A stretch of DNA of 35,129 nt from Chiloscyllium plagiosum (taxonomy: Eukaryota), in assembly GCF_004010195.1 (NCBI RefSeq), contig NC_057757.1:6097980-6133108 (forward strand), written 5' to 3'. Under the pieces are notes generated by a model, which saw nothing but the letters and a program-made list of their open reading frames with translations, was not told the DNA's origin and made no database searches. This document shows, piece after piece, positions 1 to 12,600 of the stretch. A program made the position numbers and the translations under genes. Numbering within the stretch: the stretch's first letter is position 1; every line of letters begins with the position of its first letter.

Positions 1-61
1 TCAAGTTATTTGAGTAAACCGTTTGATTAATCTTTTGCCTACAGTTACTCCTAGCAACTTT

Positions 62-165
62 GCTTTTTTTAATTCACTTTAAGAATGTGGGTGTCGCTGG
101 CTGTTCCAGCATTAATTGCCTATCCCTAACAGCCTCTGAGAAGCGTGGTAATGGGCTGCATTTCT
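62..165 (-). mobile_element. 3' tail of tRNA-SINE / partner LINE (same tail as 3620-3955)
   Basis: Reverse complement resembles the gggcaattagggatgggcaataaatg...cccacat...gaat(A)n tail seen at 3883-3955. Confidence 0.55.
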
Positions 166-495
166 ACAAGCGAACACACTTGTGAGACAGTTTTTTTGTC
201 AACTGAAGCCTGATCATTTTAACCCTCAATTTTAACAATTGATACAAAATTGTCAAAGCTCTCATCCAACTTGAGTGTGCTGTTAAGGGGAAAGCAGGGA
301 GGGAGGTGCCATTGGTGAGATTTTTAAAGAACCAGCAACAGGCACATTGGACCAGACGTCCAGCCTCTGTGCGTGTACAACTGTGAGATATCAGGGTCTC
401 TTCCAGCCTGCTGTAGGGTGTAAGCTGCCAGGCTGAAGGTAGTCTGTCCTTCATTGTGGGATCTTTCTTTCAGTTGCAATTTCTGTGTGTTACAG

Positions 496-669
496 GCGTG
501 AACTCGTCGGCGAGGACACTGGTCCCGAGCCAGAGACAGGTTTTACAGCAGCGTGTAGCCCTGACCAGCTGGCTGTGATGAACAGCACGGCTTACTGCTG
601 GGCGATTGCAGACCCTCAGGGGCCATTCCGAGACTGCCATCACAATGTTGATCCGGAGCAATATTACCA
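496..669 (+). CDS. Exon A: post-VWD linker and first half of C8 domain
   Basis: Acceptor tgttacag|G, donor CA|gtaagc. Encodes RELVGEDTGPEPETGFTAACSPDQLAVMNSTAYCWAIADPQGPFRDCHHNVDPEQYY; the GPFxxCHxxVDP motif is typical of C8. Confidence 0.92.
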
Positions 670-3600
670 GTAAGCAAAATCCAACATCATTAGCTCCGAT
701 GGGGTTTTATCCATGCGCTGAGAGGGAGGTTGGATTTTAGATTTTTCAGACATGTGGAACGATTTCCCTTCCTTGCTGTCACTGCCTGTGACACTGATAC
801 CGGCTCTGGATGTGGGTTTGCTCGCTGAGCTGGAAGGTTTGTTTTCAGATGTTTCGTCACCATATTAGGACACATCTTCAGTGAGCATCCGAATGAAGCA
901 CTGGTGGTGTAGCCTGCATTCTATTTACATGTTTGAGTTTCCTTGGGTTGGTGATGTCATTTCCCTGTGGTGACATCATTTCCTATGGTGATGTCATTTC
1001 CTGTTTTTTTTCTCTCAGGGGTGGCAAATGGGCTGTTAAAGGCCATAAGCAGTGACAGACTGGGCTGCGTGCATAGATGTGATTAATTTTGTTAGTCTCC
1101 CTGCTTAAGGAAGAATTAATCTGCATTGGAGCCAATTCAACAAAGGTTCAGTAAATTGGCCAAGACAAATATTGACTTGATCACCATCTAGGGACCTGCT
1201 CTTGGAGGTACCACTGAATTAATGGTGGCAGGAGGTAGTGTTTCTACTGCGCCACAAGAACCCCTAAAAAACTGAATGCTTCACAAATCTTAATTTTGTT
1301 AGTAATAAGTTGGAGTGACTGCCACTAGTCCTTTCCTGTAGTTTTCAGAGTTTCCTAAACCAAAGCCAGCAATTAGCCTGCCCTGATAATATTTCACATG
1401 CCAGGGCAACTCTCCCCTTAGAATCCCTTAGAAGGTTCCAGAATGCATCTCCTCAGATACCATTCCCTTCTCTCCTTCATCTGGCTGTACATTGTAAGGC
1501 CAAACAGCCTCTCCCCTCTGCTGACCACCTAGAATGGCTGTCTGTGAGATACATTCATTTGTAGGGAAGCCTGTAACCTGATCTCAAAATTGGCTTCCGG
1601 TGCCCTCTTTCCCCGTGGCAATATGAAACACATCGGCTTTGCATTCAGGTAGAAATGTTGATCATAGAATTATTATAGCAGTCAGCCATTCAGCCCATCA
1701 CCCCAAACTTGTGATAGAACAAATCACCCAATGCCATTCCTCCACCTTCTCCCTATACATTCTCCCTTTTCAGACAATAATCAAGCTCCTCTTGAAAGCC
1801 TCGATTGAACCCGCCTCCACCACCCTTTCAGACAGTCCATTCCAAACCCTAAGCATTTGCATGAAAAAAATTTCTCATGTCGCCATTGGCTAATTCTCTT
1901 CAACCTGTGTCCTTCCATTCTCAATCCTTCCACCAATGGGAACTGTCTCTCCCTTTCTACTCTACCCAGAGCTTTCATGATTTTGAACACTGTAGTCAAA
2001 CCATCTGTCAACCTTCTCTCCTCTATAGAACATAACCCCAGTTCTCCAATTTATCTATGTCAATTGAAGCTCCTCATCCTTGGAACCACACTGCTGAGCT
2101 TTTCCTGCACTCTCTTCAATGTCTTTCCTCAACAGTGTGGCAACCAGAACTGGTTGAAACACTCTGGGGTAGAGGCCAACCCCATGTTCTTTCCAAGTTT
2201 AACATAACCTCCTTGCTCTTGTGCTCTCCATCGCTATTAATATAACCTGGGATCTGTAAATTTTACTCACCGCTCTCTTAATCTGTCCTGTCACCTTTGA
2301 TGACTTTGCCATATATATGCCCAGGTCCCTCTATTCCTGCACCCTCTTTAGAATTGTAACCTCTATCTTATATTGTCTCTGTATATTCATTTTACAATCA
2401 TGTCACACTTCTTTTCATTAATTTTCACCCGCCACTTGTCTTCCCATTTACCATCGATCTAAACTATCCTTCCCACAGTTACAGCACTTCAAATTTTAGT
2501 ATCACCTGTAAATCCTGAAGATGCATACTGTGGACCAAGGTTGTTAATATAATCAGGTAAAATGATTGCGTCCTCTGGGGAATCTGCTACAGATCTTCTC
2601 CCAGCCTAAAAACACATCCCTTAACAATTACTCTCTGCTTCCTGTCACTTAGCCACAGTGATTCAGTGGTTAGCACTGCTGCCTCACAGCACCAGGGACC
2701 CGGGTTTGATCCCAGCCTTGGGTTATTGTGTGGAGTTTTCATATTGTTCCCCATGTCTGTGCGGGTTTCCTCCCTGAGTCCAAAGATGTGCAGGTTAGGT
2801 GGATCGGCTGTGGGAAATTGCTGATGGTGTACAGGTTAGGTGAGTTAGCCTTTGGAAATGCAAGGATATGGGTGGGATGTCCTTCAGAGGATTGGTGTGA
2901 ACTTGATGGGCCGAATGGCCTGTAAGGATTCTATCCTATGATTTATATCCAGGTTGCTACTGTCACTTTTATTGCATGAGCTCACAAATCCACTAAGTAG
3001 CGCTTTAACAAATGCCTTCTGAAAATCCTTATTCATCACATCTACAACATTGCCCTCAATGACCTTTTCTGTTTTTTAGTTGTTAGCTTGTCAACAGGAT
3101 CCAGCATGTTAATTAAATGTGGTTTGCCCTTAAAAAACCCATGCTTTTGTGGGGGGTGGGGTTTATTCATTAAACAGTTTTTGTCCAAATGGCTATGAAT
3201 CTTGTTTCAAATAATTGTTGCCTGAAACGTGCCTGCCATTGAAGTCGAACTGTCTGGTCTATAGCTTCGGGCTTACCTGGACAAGTGTAACATTTACTAT
3301 CAGCTACTGCAGGTTCCTGCCTCTAGGTTAAGATGGAGGTGCTGAAGGCTGTCTTCTGCCCCAACAGGAACTGTCTATTTGACCTGTGCCAGTTCTACAA
3401 CAATTCCAAGATGTTGTGTGCCAGCTACGAGACATATGTTCAGGTCTGCCAGGCAAATGGGACCACCCTGTCAAACTGGAGGCAAGAAACCGGCTGTGGT
3501 GAGTGTGGGGGTGAAACTCAGGGAAGAAGTCTTGGTAGGAGGGCACTGTTAATTCCTTGCCGCAGACCAGAATGGCTATTGCAGGCCGTCTCTGAATCCT

Positions 3601-6600
3601 TTTCGGTCTCTATAATTTCAGGGAGGCAGTGGCCCAGTGGTATTATCACTAGATTGCTAATCCAGAGGCCTCAGGTAATGTTCCGGGGACCCAGGTTCAA
3701 ATCCCATCAGAGCAGTGAAGTCTGGAAGTAAGAGTTTAATGATGACTGTGAGTCCATTACTGATTGTTAGGGGAAAACCCATCTGGTTCATTAATGCCCT
3801 GTTAGGGAAGGAAGCTGCCATCCTTACCCAGTCTGGCCTACATGTGACTCCAGACCCACAGCAACGTGGTTTACTCTTATCTGGGCAATTAGGGATGGGC
3901 AATAAATGTTGACTTGGCCAGCCATGTCCTCATCCCGTGAATGAATTTTAAAAAACAAATACAGGAGGGAGTCACAGGGCTAGTGGAGATGATGGTGTAT
4001 GGGATAACATCGCTGGACTTATAACCCAGCAGCCCAGTCAAATACAGTACACAATCCTTTATCCGCAACCCTCGGGACCAGCTGGTTTTCGGAATTTTTT
4101 AGATTTCCGAATAAGTGACAGTTTAGTGTTGAGATTTCCCAAACAGCAGAGGTACCTGTGAGTACTACAAGCCCTGAGACGGAATTGATGTCTGCCAGTG
4201 CTGGGCCATGCCCCCACCCTACCTCTGAGTGACAGGGGTTAAGTGGGTGTGCAGATGGGTTAACTGTTTGCACGCCAGGCAACCTTGTTATGCAGAAAAA
4301 AAACTTCACGAGAAAAACTTCGGATATCGGAGCTTTTCAGATTTCGGGATTTCAGATAAAGGATTGTGCACCTGTACTCTGAGGACATGTGTTCAAATCC
4401 ACCAGTGGATTTTAAGTTCAGTTAATAAATCTGGAACTCAAAGCTACACTCTTAATAATGATTTAAATGAAAAATCTCATCTGCTTCACTCATGTCCTTT
4501 TTATAAAATCTCTATGTGTGGCCGTTCAGTCCATCGAGTCCACACAGACCCTCGAACAGCATCCCACCAGTCCCACACTGACCCACCCCACACCCATCCT
4601 ATCCCTGTAACCCTACAATTCCCATGGCTAACCCACCTAATCTACACATCCCTGTACACTATGGGTAATTTAGCACGGCCAATCCACCCTAACTTACACA
4701 TCCCTGTACAGTGTGGGTAATTTAGCACGGCCAATCCACCCTAACCTATACATCCCTGTACAGTGTGGGTAATTTAGCACGGCCAATCCACCTTAACCTA
4801 TACATCCCTGTACAGTGTGGGTAATTTAGCACGGCCAATCCACCCTAACCTACACATCGCTGTACACTATGGGTAATTTAGCACGGCCCATCCGCGCTAA
4901 CTGCACATCCCTGGACACTATGGGTAATTTAGCACAGCCAATCCACCCTAACCTATACATCCCTGTACAGTGTGGGTAATTTAGCACGGCCAATCCACCC
5001 TAACCTATACATCCCTGTACAGTGTGGGTAATTTAGCACGGCCAATCCACCTTAACCTATACATCCCTGTACAGTGTGGGTAATTTAGCACGGCCAATCC
5101 ACCCTAACCTGCACATCCCTGGACACTATGGGTAATTTAGCACAGCCAATCCACCCTAACCTATACATCCCTGTACAGTGTGGGTAATTTAGCACGGCCA
5201 ATCCACCCTAACCTACACATCGCTGTACACTATGGGTAATTTAGCACGGCCAATCCGCCCTAACCTGCACATCCCTGGACACTGTGGGTAATTTAGCATG
5301 GCCAATCTACCCTAACCTACACATCCCTGTACAGCGTGGGTAATTTAGCACGGCCAATCCACCCTAACCTATACACCCCTGTACACTATGGGTAATTTAG
5401 CATGGCCAATCCACCCTAACCTGCACATCCCTGTACATTGTGGGGCAATTTAGCACGGCCAATCCACCCTAACCTACACATCCCTGTACACTATGGGTAA
5501 TTTAGCACGGCCAATCCACCCTAACCTATACATCCCTGTACACTATGGGTAATTTAGCACGGCCAATCCGCCCTAACCTACACATCCCTGTACACTGTGG
5601 GGCAATTTAGCTTGGCCAATTCACCTGACCTGCACATCTTTGGATTGTGGGAGGAAACCAGAGCACCCAGAGGAAACCCAAGCAGACTCGGGGAGAATGT
5701 GCAAACTCCACACAGACAGTCACCCGAGGCTGGAATCGAACCTGGGACCCTGGTGCTGTGAGGCAGCAGTGCTAACCACTGAGCCACCGGGAATACAGCA
5801 CTTTTGGGTCACACAGTCGACTGGAAGCGAGGATGCTAAGAGATGATTTAGGGAAGGTGTACAAAATTGGCAGCACGGTGGTTAGCGCTGCTGCCTCACA
5901 GTGCCGGGGAACCGGGTTCCATTCCAGCCTGGGGCAACTGTCTGCGTGGAGTTTGCACGATGTCTGCGTGGGTTTCTGCTAAGTGCTCCTGGCGGAATTC
6001 CACAGAGAGAACATGCAAACCCCGCACAGACAGAACCCAGACCCCTGGGCACTGTAAAGCAGCAGTTCTAACCACTGAGCCACCATGCCACCCGTCCATA
6101 GGTCTTAAGTGACTTGGGTAATTTAGCACGGCCAATCCACCCTAACCTATACATCCTTGTACACTATGGGTAATTTAGCACGGCCAATCCGCCCTAACCT
6201 ACGCATCCCTGTACACTATAGGTAATTTAGCACGGCCAATCCACCCTAACCTATACATCCTTGTACACTATGGGTAATTTAGCACGGCCAATCCACCCTA
6301 ACCTATACATCCCTGTACACTATGGGTAATTTAGCACAGCCAATCTACCCTAACCTACACATCCCTGTACACTATGGGTAATTTAGCACGGCCAATCCGC
6401 CCTAACCTACGCATCCCTGTACACTATAGGTAATTTAGCACGGCCAATCCACCCTAACCTATACATCCCTGTACACTATGGGCAATTTAGCTTGGCCAAT
6501 TCACCTGACCTGCACATCTTTGGACTGCGGGAGGAAACCGGAGCAAACCGGAGCAGACACAGGGAGAACATGCAAACTCCACACAGTCGCCCGAGGCTGG

Positions 6601-9600
6601 AATCGAACCTGGGACCCTGGTGCTGTGAGGCAGCAGTGCTAACCACTGAGCCAACGGGAATACAGCAATTTTGGGTCACACAGTCGACTGGAAGCGAGGA
6701 TGCTAAGAGATGATTTAGGGAAGGTGTACAAAATTGGCAGCACGGTGGTTAGCGCTGCTGCCTCACAGTGCCAGGGAACCGGGTTCCATTCCAGCCTGGG
6801 GCAACTGTCTGCGTGGAATTTGCACGATGTCTGCGTGGGTTTCTGCTAGGTGCTCCTGGCGGAAATCCACAGGGAGAACATGCAAACCCCGCACAGACAG
6901 AACCCAGACCCCTGGGCACTGTAAAGCAGCAGTTCTAACCACTGAGCCACCATGCCACCCGTCCATAGGTCTTAAGTGACTTGACCTCTGCCACCTTTTG
7001 AGGCAGAGAGTTCCAGATGCAAGTTTATCAAATCGAGCCAGTGTTTGTAAGTTTGGTGCAATCAGGATGACTTTGATAATAGTGCTTCACTTGATTGTCA
7101 TGATGTGGAGATGCCGGTGTTGGACTGGGGTGGACAAGGTCAGAAGTTACACGACACCAGGTTGTAGTCCAACAGGTTTACTTGAAATCACAAGCTTTCG
7201 GGGCACTGCTCCGTCATCAGGTAAAGTGAAGAGAAGCACACAGGTGCAGAAATTACAGTCGGAGAGATCAAAAGATCATACAAATGGTGTGAGTGGACTC
7301 TCTGCAGGTGATCAGAAGTGTCAAATGGTACCTCTGTCTCAATTAATCAGATTATAGGCCAGTACAATTGCAACATTTAAAAGGCATATGAATAGGAAGG
7401 GTTTGGAGGGATATGGGCCGGGTGCTGGCAGGTGGGACTAGATTGGGTTGGGATATCTGGTTGGCATGGACGGGTTGGACCGAAGGGTCTGTTTCCATGC
7501 TGTACACCTCTCTGACTTTGACTCTGCCTTTCACTTGCTATTCAGCTGTAACCACTTTACTAACACCGTCTGAGCATTTTGGTCTCATGCATTTTGGTCG
7601 GAAAATAGGAACGCGACCTGTTACCTAAATAGGGAGAGACTTCGGGGTGTTCAGGTGCAGAGGGATCTGGGTGTCTTTGTCCATGAATCACAGAAAACTG
7701 GCACACAGGTACAGCAGGTAATAAAGAAAGCAAATGGAAGGTTGGCTTTTATAGTTTAAGGAAAGGAATATAAAGGTAAGGAAGTATTACCTTAAAAGTA
7801 TTGGGGAGACCACACCTGCAGTATTGTGCACAGTTTTGGGCCCTTTATTTGAGGAAAGGTGTAGTGGCATTAGCAGCAGTTCAGACTAGGTTCACTGGAT
7901 TGATCCCGGAGATGAGGGGCTTGGCGTATGGAGAGAGAATGAATAGTTTCGGCCTATACTGTCTGGAATTTAGAAGAACAAGGGGAGATCAAATTGAGGT
8001 GTTCAAGAATGATAAAAGGTGTGGATAAAGTAGACGTGGAGCGGATGCTTCCTCTTATGGGGCATTCTGGGACGAGAGATCATAGGCTTAGGATAAGGGG
8101 CAGCAAACTTAAAACAGAGATGAGGAGAAATTACGTCCCCTAAAGGGTTGTGAGTCTGAGGAATTCGCTACCCCAAAGTGCAGTGGATACTGGGACAGTG
8201 AGTAAATTTAAGGAGGAGTTAGACAGGTTTGTAATTGGTAATGGGTTGAAGGGTTACGGGGAGAGGGCAGGAAGATGGGAGTGAGGAGCATGATCGAATG
8301 GCGGAGTGGACTTGATGGACCTAATTCTGCTCCTAAATCTGATGAACTTATGACTTCAAGTAAACCTGTTGGACCAAAACCTGGCATTGTGTGACGCCTG
8401 ACCTTCATTTGGGGTTGCAAACAAGACAGGAGGTAAAGGTCTCACTACCCTGGGATGGAGAGTAACCGAATCTGGCTGGAAGCATCACAATCCTTACGTC
8501 CAACTGTGGATTTCTGTTTTGCAGCTATGGCCTGCCCTCCGCACAGTACGTACAAGTCGTGCATGGCTGCCTGTCCTCCCACCTGCGCCAACCTGGCTGC
8601 CCCTTCAGAATGCGACGCTCCATGCATGGAAGGCTGCGAGTGTGACCGGGGCTTTGTCTACAGCAGTTTCAACTGTGTGCCTTACAGCCAGTGCGGCTGC
8701 ACCTATCGCAACAAGTATTACCAGGTAGGTCGTAAACAAAATTTATGTGATTCCTTTATCCTACAGCGGGCAGCAATTGGCAAACAGACATCACTGGGAA
8801 GAGTGTCACGCCACTGAAAACTTTCAGCTTTCCCTCGTCAGGAATGCCTATGTTCAAAGGACCACAATAATTTGTACTGCAGAAGAAAAGTATCCTACTA
8901 CTTTCTGCATGGCAACATCTCAGCCAATCAGATTTGACCTTCCAACCAAACAGCACACTTCTACCTTGAAGTATAAATTGACTGTTTGAAATTTTTTGCA
9001 TTCCTGGTGAAGCAAGACAAAATTCTTCGGAAACATGTCTCTCTTTTTTCAACAATGGTCACGTTCTGCACTGCTAAGGGGGTGGACTTTAAGATGTGTC
9101 TCTAAGCAGCAGCAGTGGTGATTCCTGGGGGGGTACATGGCACGTCCCTTGTTCCAGTCCTGTTTGGGCCCTCACTCACAACTCTTTCTTCTGATACTTC
9201 GATGATATAATTGCTCCCCTCTCTCGTCCAGAATTGGAAAAACGTATCAATTTCCAATTTCCACCCCTCTCTCACCTTCACCTGGTCCATCTCTGACTCC
9301 TGCCTACCCTTCCTCAACATCTCTATTTCCGTTTCTGGGGATAGGCTGGCCACCAATATTCATAACAAACCCACCGTCTCCCCAGTTACCTGGACTATAC
9401 ATCCTCACACCCTGTAAGGACTTCATTCTATTCTCTCAGTTTCTCTCTCTGTCGCATCTTTTTTTTAGATTAGATTACTTACAGTGTGGAAACAGGCCCT
9501 TTGGCCCAACAAGTCCACACCGACCCGCTGAAGTACAACCCACCCAGACCCATTCCCCTACATTTACCCCTTCACCTAACACTACGGGCAATTTAGCACG

Positions 9601-12600
9601 GCCAACTCACCTGCACATTTTTGGACTGTGGGAGGAAACCGGAGCACTTGGAGGAAACCCACACAGACACGGGGAGAATGTGCAAACTCCACACAGTCAG
9701 TCGCCTGAGGCAGGAATTGAACCCAGGTCTCTAGCGCTGTGAGGCAACAGTGCTAACCATCGTGCCACCCATCTGTTCTGATGACGTTACCTTCCACAGG
9801 GAAGGCCTCAGAAATGTCCGCCATTTTCCTATATGGTTGACAGGGTCCTTATCATGTCCAATCCATCTCCTGTACATCTGCCCTTGTCCCTTCTCTTCCT
9901 TCCTACAGTCCTCACTTACCACCCTGCCAGCCTCCAGACCCAAAGAAGTATAAGCCGCCATTTCAGTCAAATTCTGTGAGATGCCAGTACCAAACGCATA
10001 TTCCCCTCCTCACCTTTGTCAGCATTCCTCAGGGATTGTTCCCTCCTGGATACCCTGGTCCACTCCTCCTCCATTCCCAACACCTCGCCAAGCCCCCCTC
10101 CCCCATCCACTGCACCTTCTCACACAATCACAGGAGCTGTAACGCCTGTCTGTTTGCCAACTCGCTCCTCACTATCCAAGGCCCCAGACACACCTCCCAG
10201 GTGAGGTAGCACTTTACCTGCACTTTATTCAATCTAGTCTGCCGTTCTCGCTACTCACAATGCGGGCTCCTCCACACTGGAGAAACACAGACCACTTTGC
10301 AGAATACGCTTTGCATGACAACGAGAATCCAGTTACCTGCCAGTTCAACACCTCACCGCCTTCCCACATCAGCAGGTCTGCTTCAGTGCTGCAGCAATCC
10401 TCAGTGCAAGCTGAGGTGACACGGTGGCTCAGTGGTTAGCATTGCTGCCTCACAACGCCAGGGACGCAGGTTCGATTCCTGCCTTGGGCGACTGTCCGTG
10501 TGGAGTTTGCATGTTCTCCGTGTGGGTTTGCTCTGGTTTCCTCCCACAGTCCAAAGATGTGCAGGCTAGGTAAATTGGTTGTGCTAAATTGCCTGTAGAG
10601 TTAGGTGCATTAGCTAGGCGAAATAGGTCTGGGTGGGTTGGTGTGGACTAATTGAGTCAAAGGGCCTGTTTCCACACTGTAGGGAATCTAATTATTATAA
10701 GCTTGAAGAACACCATCTCATTTTCCACTTGGGGACCATTCAGCATCCAGGACTCCACAGCGAGTTCAATAACTTTAGAGCATGATTTCATCCCTCTTTT
10801 TACCAATCTCCACACCCTGGTTCTGTCATGACAAGGATTGTTTCCAGCAAGAGCTGAAAATGTGTTGCTGGAAAAGCGCAGCAGGTCAGGCAGCATCCAA
10901 GGAGCAGGAGAATCGATGTTTCGGGCATGAGCCTTTCTTCAGGAATGTTTCCAGCTAACCCATTCTCATCCTTCTTAGTCATAGAGCCATTGAGCTGTAC
11001 AGCACAGAAACACATCCTTTGGTCCAACTTATCCATCCCGACCGAATGTACTAAATTAATCTAATCCCATTTCCCAGTATTTGATCCATATCTCTTTAAA
11101 CCCTTCCTAGTCATGTACCCATCCAGATGTCTTTTAAATGTATTTGTACCAGCCTCCACCACTTCCTCTGGCAACTCATTACCACCCTCTGCATGAAAAA
11201 AGTTGCCCTTTAGGTCCCTTTTAAATCTTTCCCCATATCTGTCTTAACCCTTCCTATTCACATACCCATCCAGATGCCTTTTAAATGTATTTGTACCAGC
11301 CTCCACCACTTCCTCTGGCAACTCATTACCACCCTCTGCGTGAAAAAAGTTGCCCTTTAGGTCCCTTTTAAATCTTTCCCCTCTCACCTTAAAAGTAGTC
11401 CTGTTATTACAATGATTGCTTTCAGCAGTCTATCCATTCTCTCCGACTCTCCACTTTCACTATCATTTATTCAGCTTCTCTTCTGTCCTGGCCTACTATC
11501 GTCTGTCTACCTCTAGTATCCCTTCATGTTTGGGCTCCATGTCCACCTATCCCTCACCACTCCCCCAACCCCCATTCCCAACCCATCTCATCTTCAGCAT
11601 AAATGATACTTTTTCCTAACTGCTGTCAGTTCTGATTAAGAGCTACCAAACTTGAAACATTAACTACTTTCTCCCCACTGAGTCCAGTGGCTACAAGAGC
11701 ATAGAATCCCTACAGTGTGGAAACAGGCTATTTGGCCCAACATCCCTTCAAAGAGAAACCCACCCAGACCCATTCCCCTCCTACTGTACATTTCCCATGA
11801 TGAATGCACCTAACCTACACATCCCTGAATGCTATAGCCAACTTAGCGTGACCAACCCACCCTAACCTGCATGTCTCCAGACTGTGGGAGGAAACCGGAG
11901 CACCCAGAGGAAATCCAATGCAGGGAGAATGTGCAAACTTCACACAGATAGTCGCCCCAACACTGGAATCGAACCCAGATCCCTGGGGCCGTGAGGCAGC
12001 AGCGCTAACCACTGAGCCAATGTGCCACCCTCAGAGGTTGGGAATCCAGCGAGTGTCTCACCCCCACGACTCTCCCCAACGCCAAAGTCTAAAAGGCAGC
12101 CAAGAGACATCGTGATGACACCAATGCAGTAACAGTGGACCTGGACAACAACTCACTGCCTGATGCTCGGTGACTGGGACTCACTACTTAAGCGACGCAG
12201 CCCTTTTCTCCCCTCAGCCATCTGCCCTCGACTGAAAGCTAGAGAGAAAGCGCACGTACCAAGTTCCATGTGCGTTTGGAACGTTTGGAAATGCACTCAA
12301 TACCGTTTACTCCTACCCTTTCAACCCATCCGAACAATTGTTTCAGATCTCCACCGTCCACAGTATTTTTATTTTGTCTTAGTAATTGCTGATAGCCCAG
12401 TGATCACAAGGAGCCATGCAGGCTGAGCCAGAGTCCGTCCATCGAGACCATCCTGGCAGAGATCACTGGAAAGCTGCCAAGGATGATTGACTAGACAAAT
12501 ATCCCTACATCTATCCCAGACGCAGTCAACCCAACTGTATCACCCCAAATGCCAACTCAGGCCAGTTCAAGGAAGATAATAACCTTTCGATCTCAGCGCC

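Larger units (their letters stand above)
9114..11690 (+). mobile_element. Degraded Penelope-like element (RT end, GIY-YIG, 3' end) with four nested insertions
   Basis: NFHPSLTFTWSISDSCLPFLNISISVSGDRLATNIHNKPT (9253-9375) is a PLE RT motif; IQGPRHTSQV and CGLLHTGE (10170-10285) parallel the endonuclease region at 18620-18740. Decayed hammerhead near 11630-11665. Confidence 0.8.

Noticed and set aside
4730..5580. ccctaacc resembling telomeric repeat
   Set aside because: Only one CCCTAA per 52-bp unit, and it is part of the SINE consensus; not an interstitial telomere.
4652..6520. CRISPR-like appearance of the regularly spaced repeat
   Set aside because: Units are contiguous 52-mers with no unique spacers, they derive from a SINE, there are no cas genes, and the context is a vertebrate intron.
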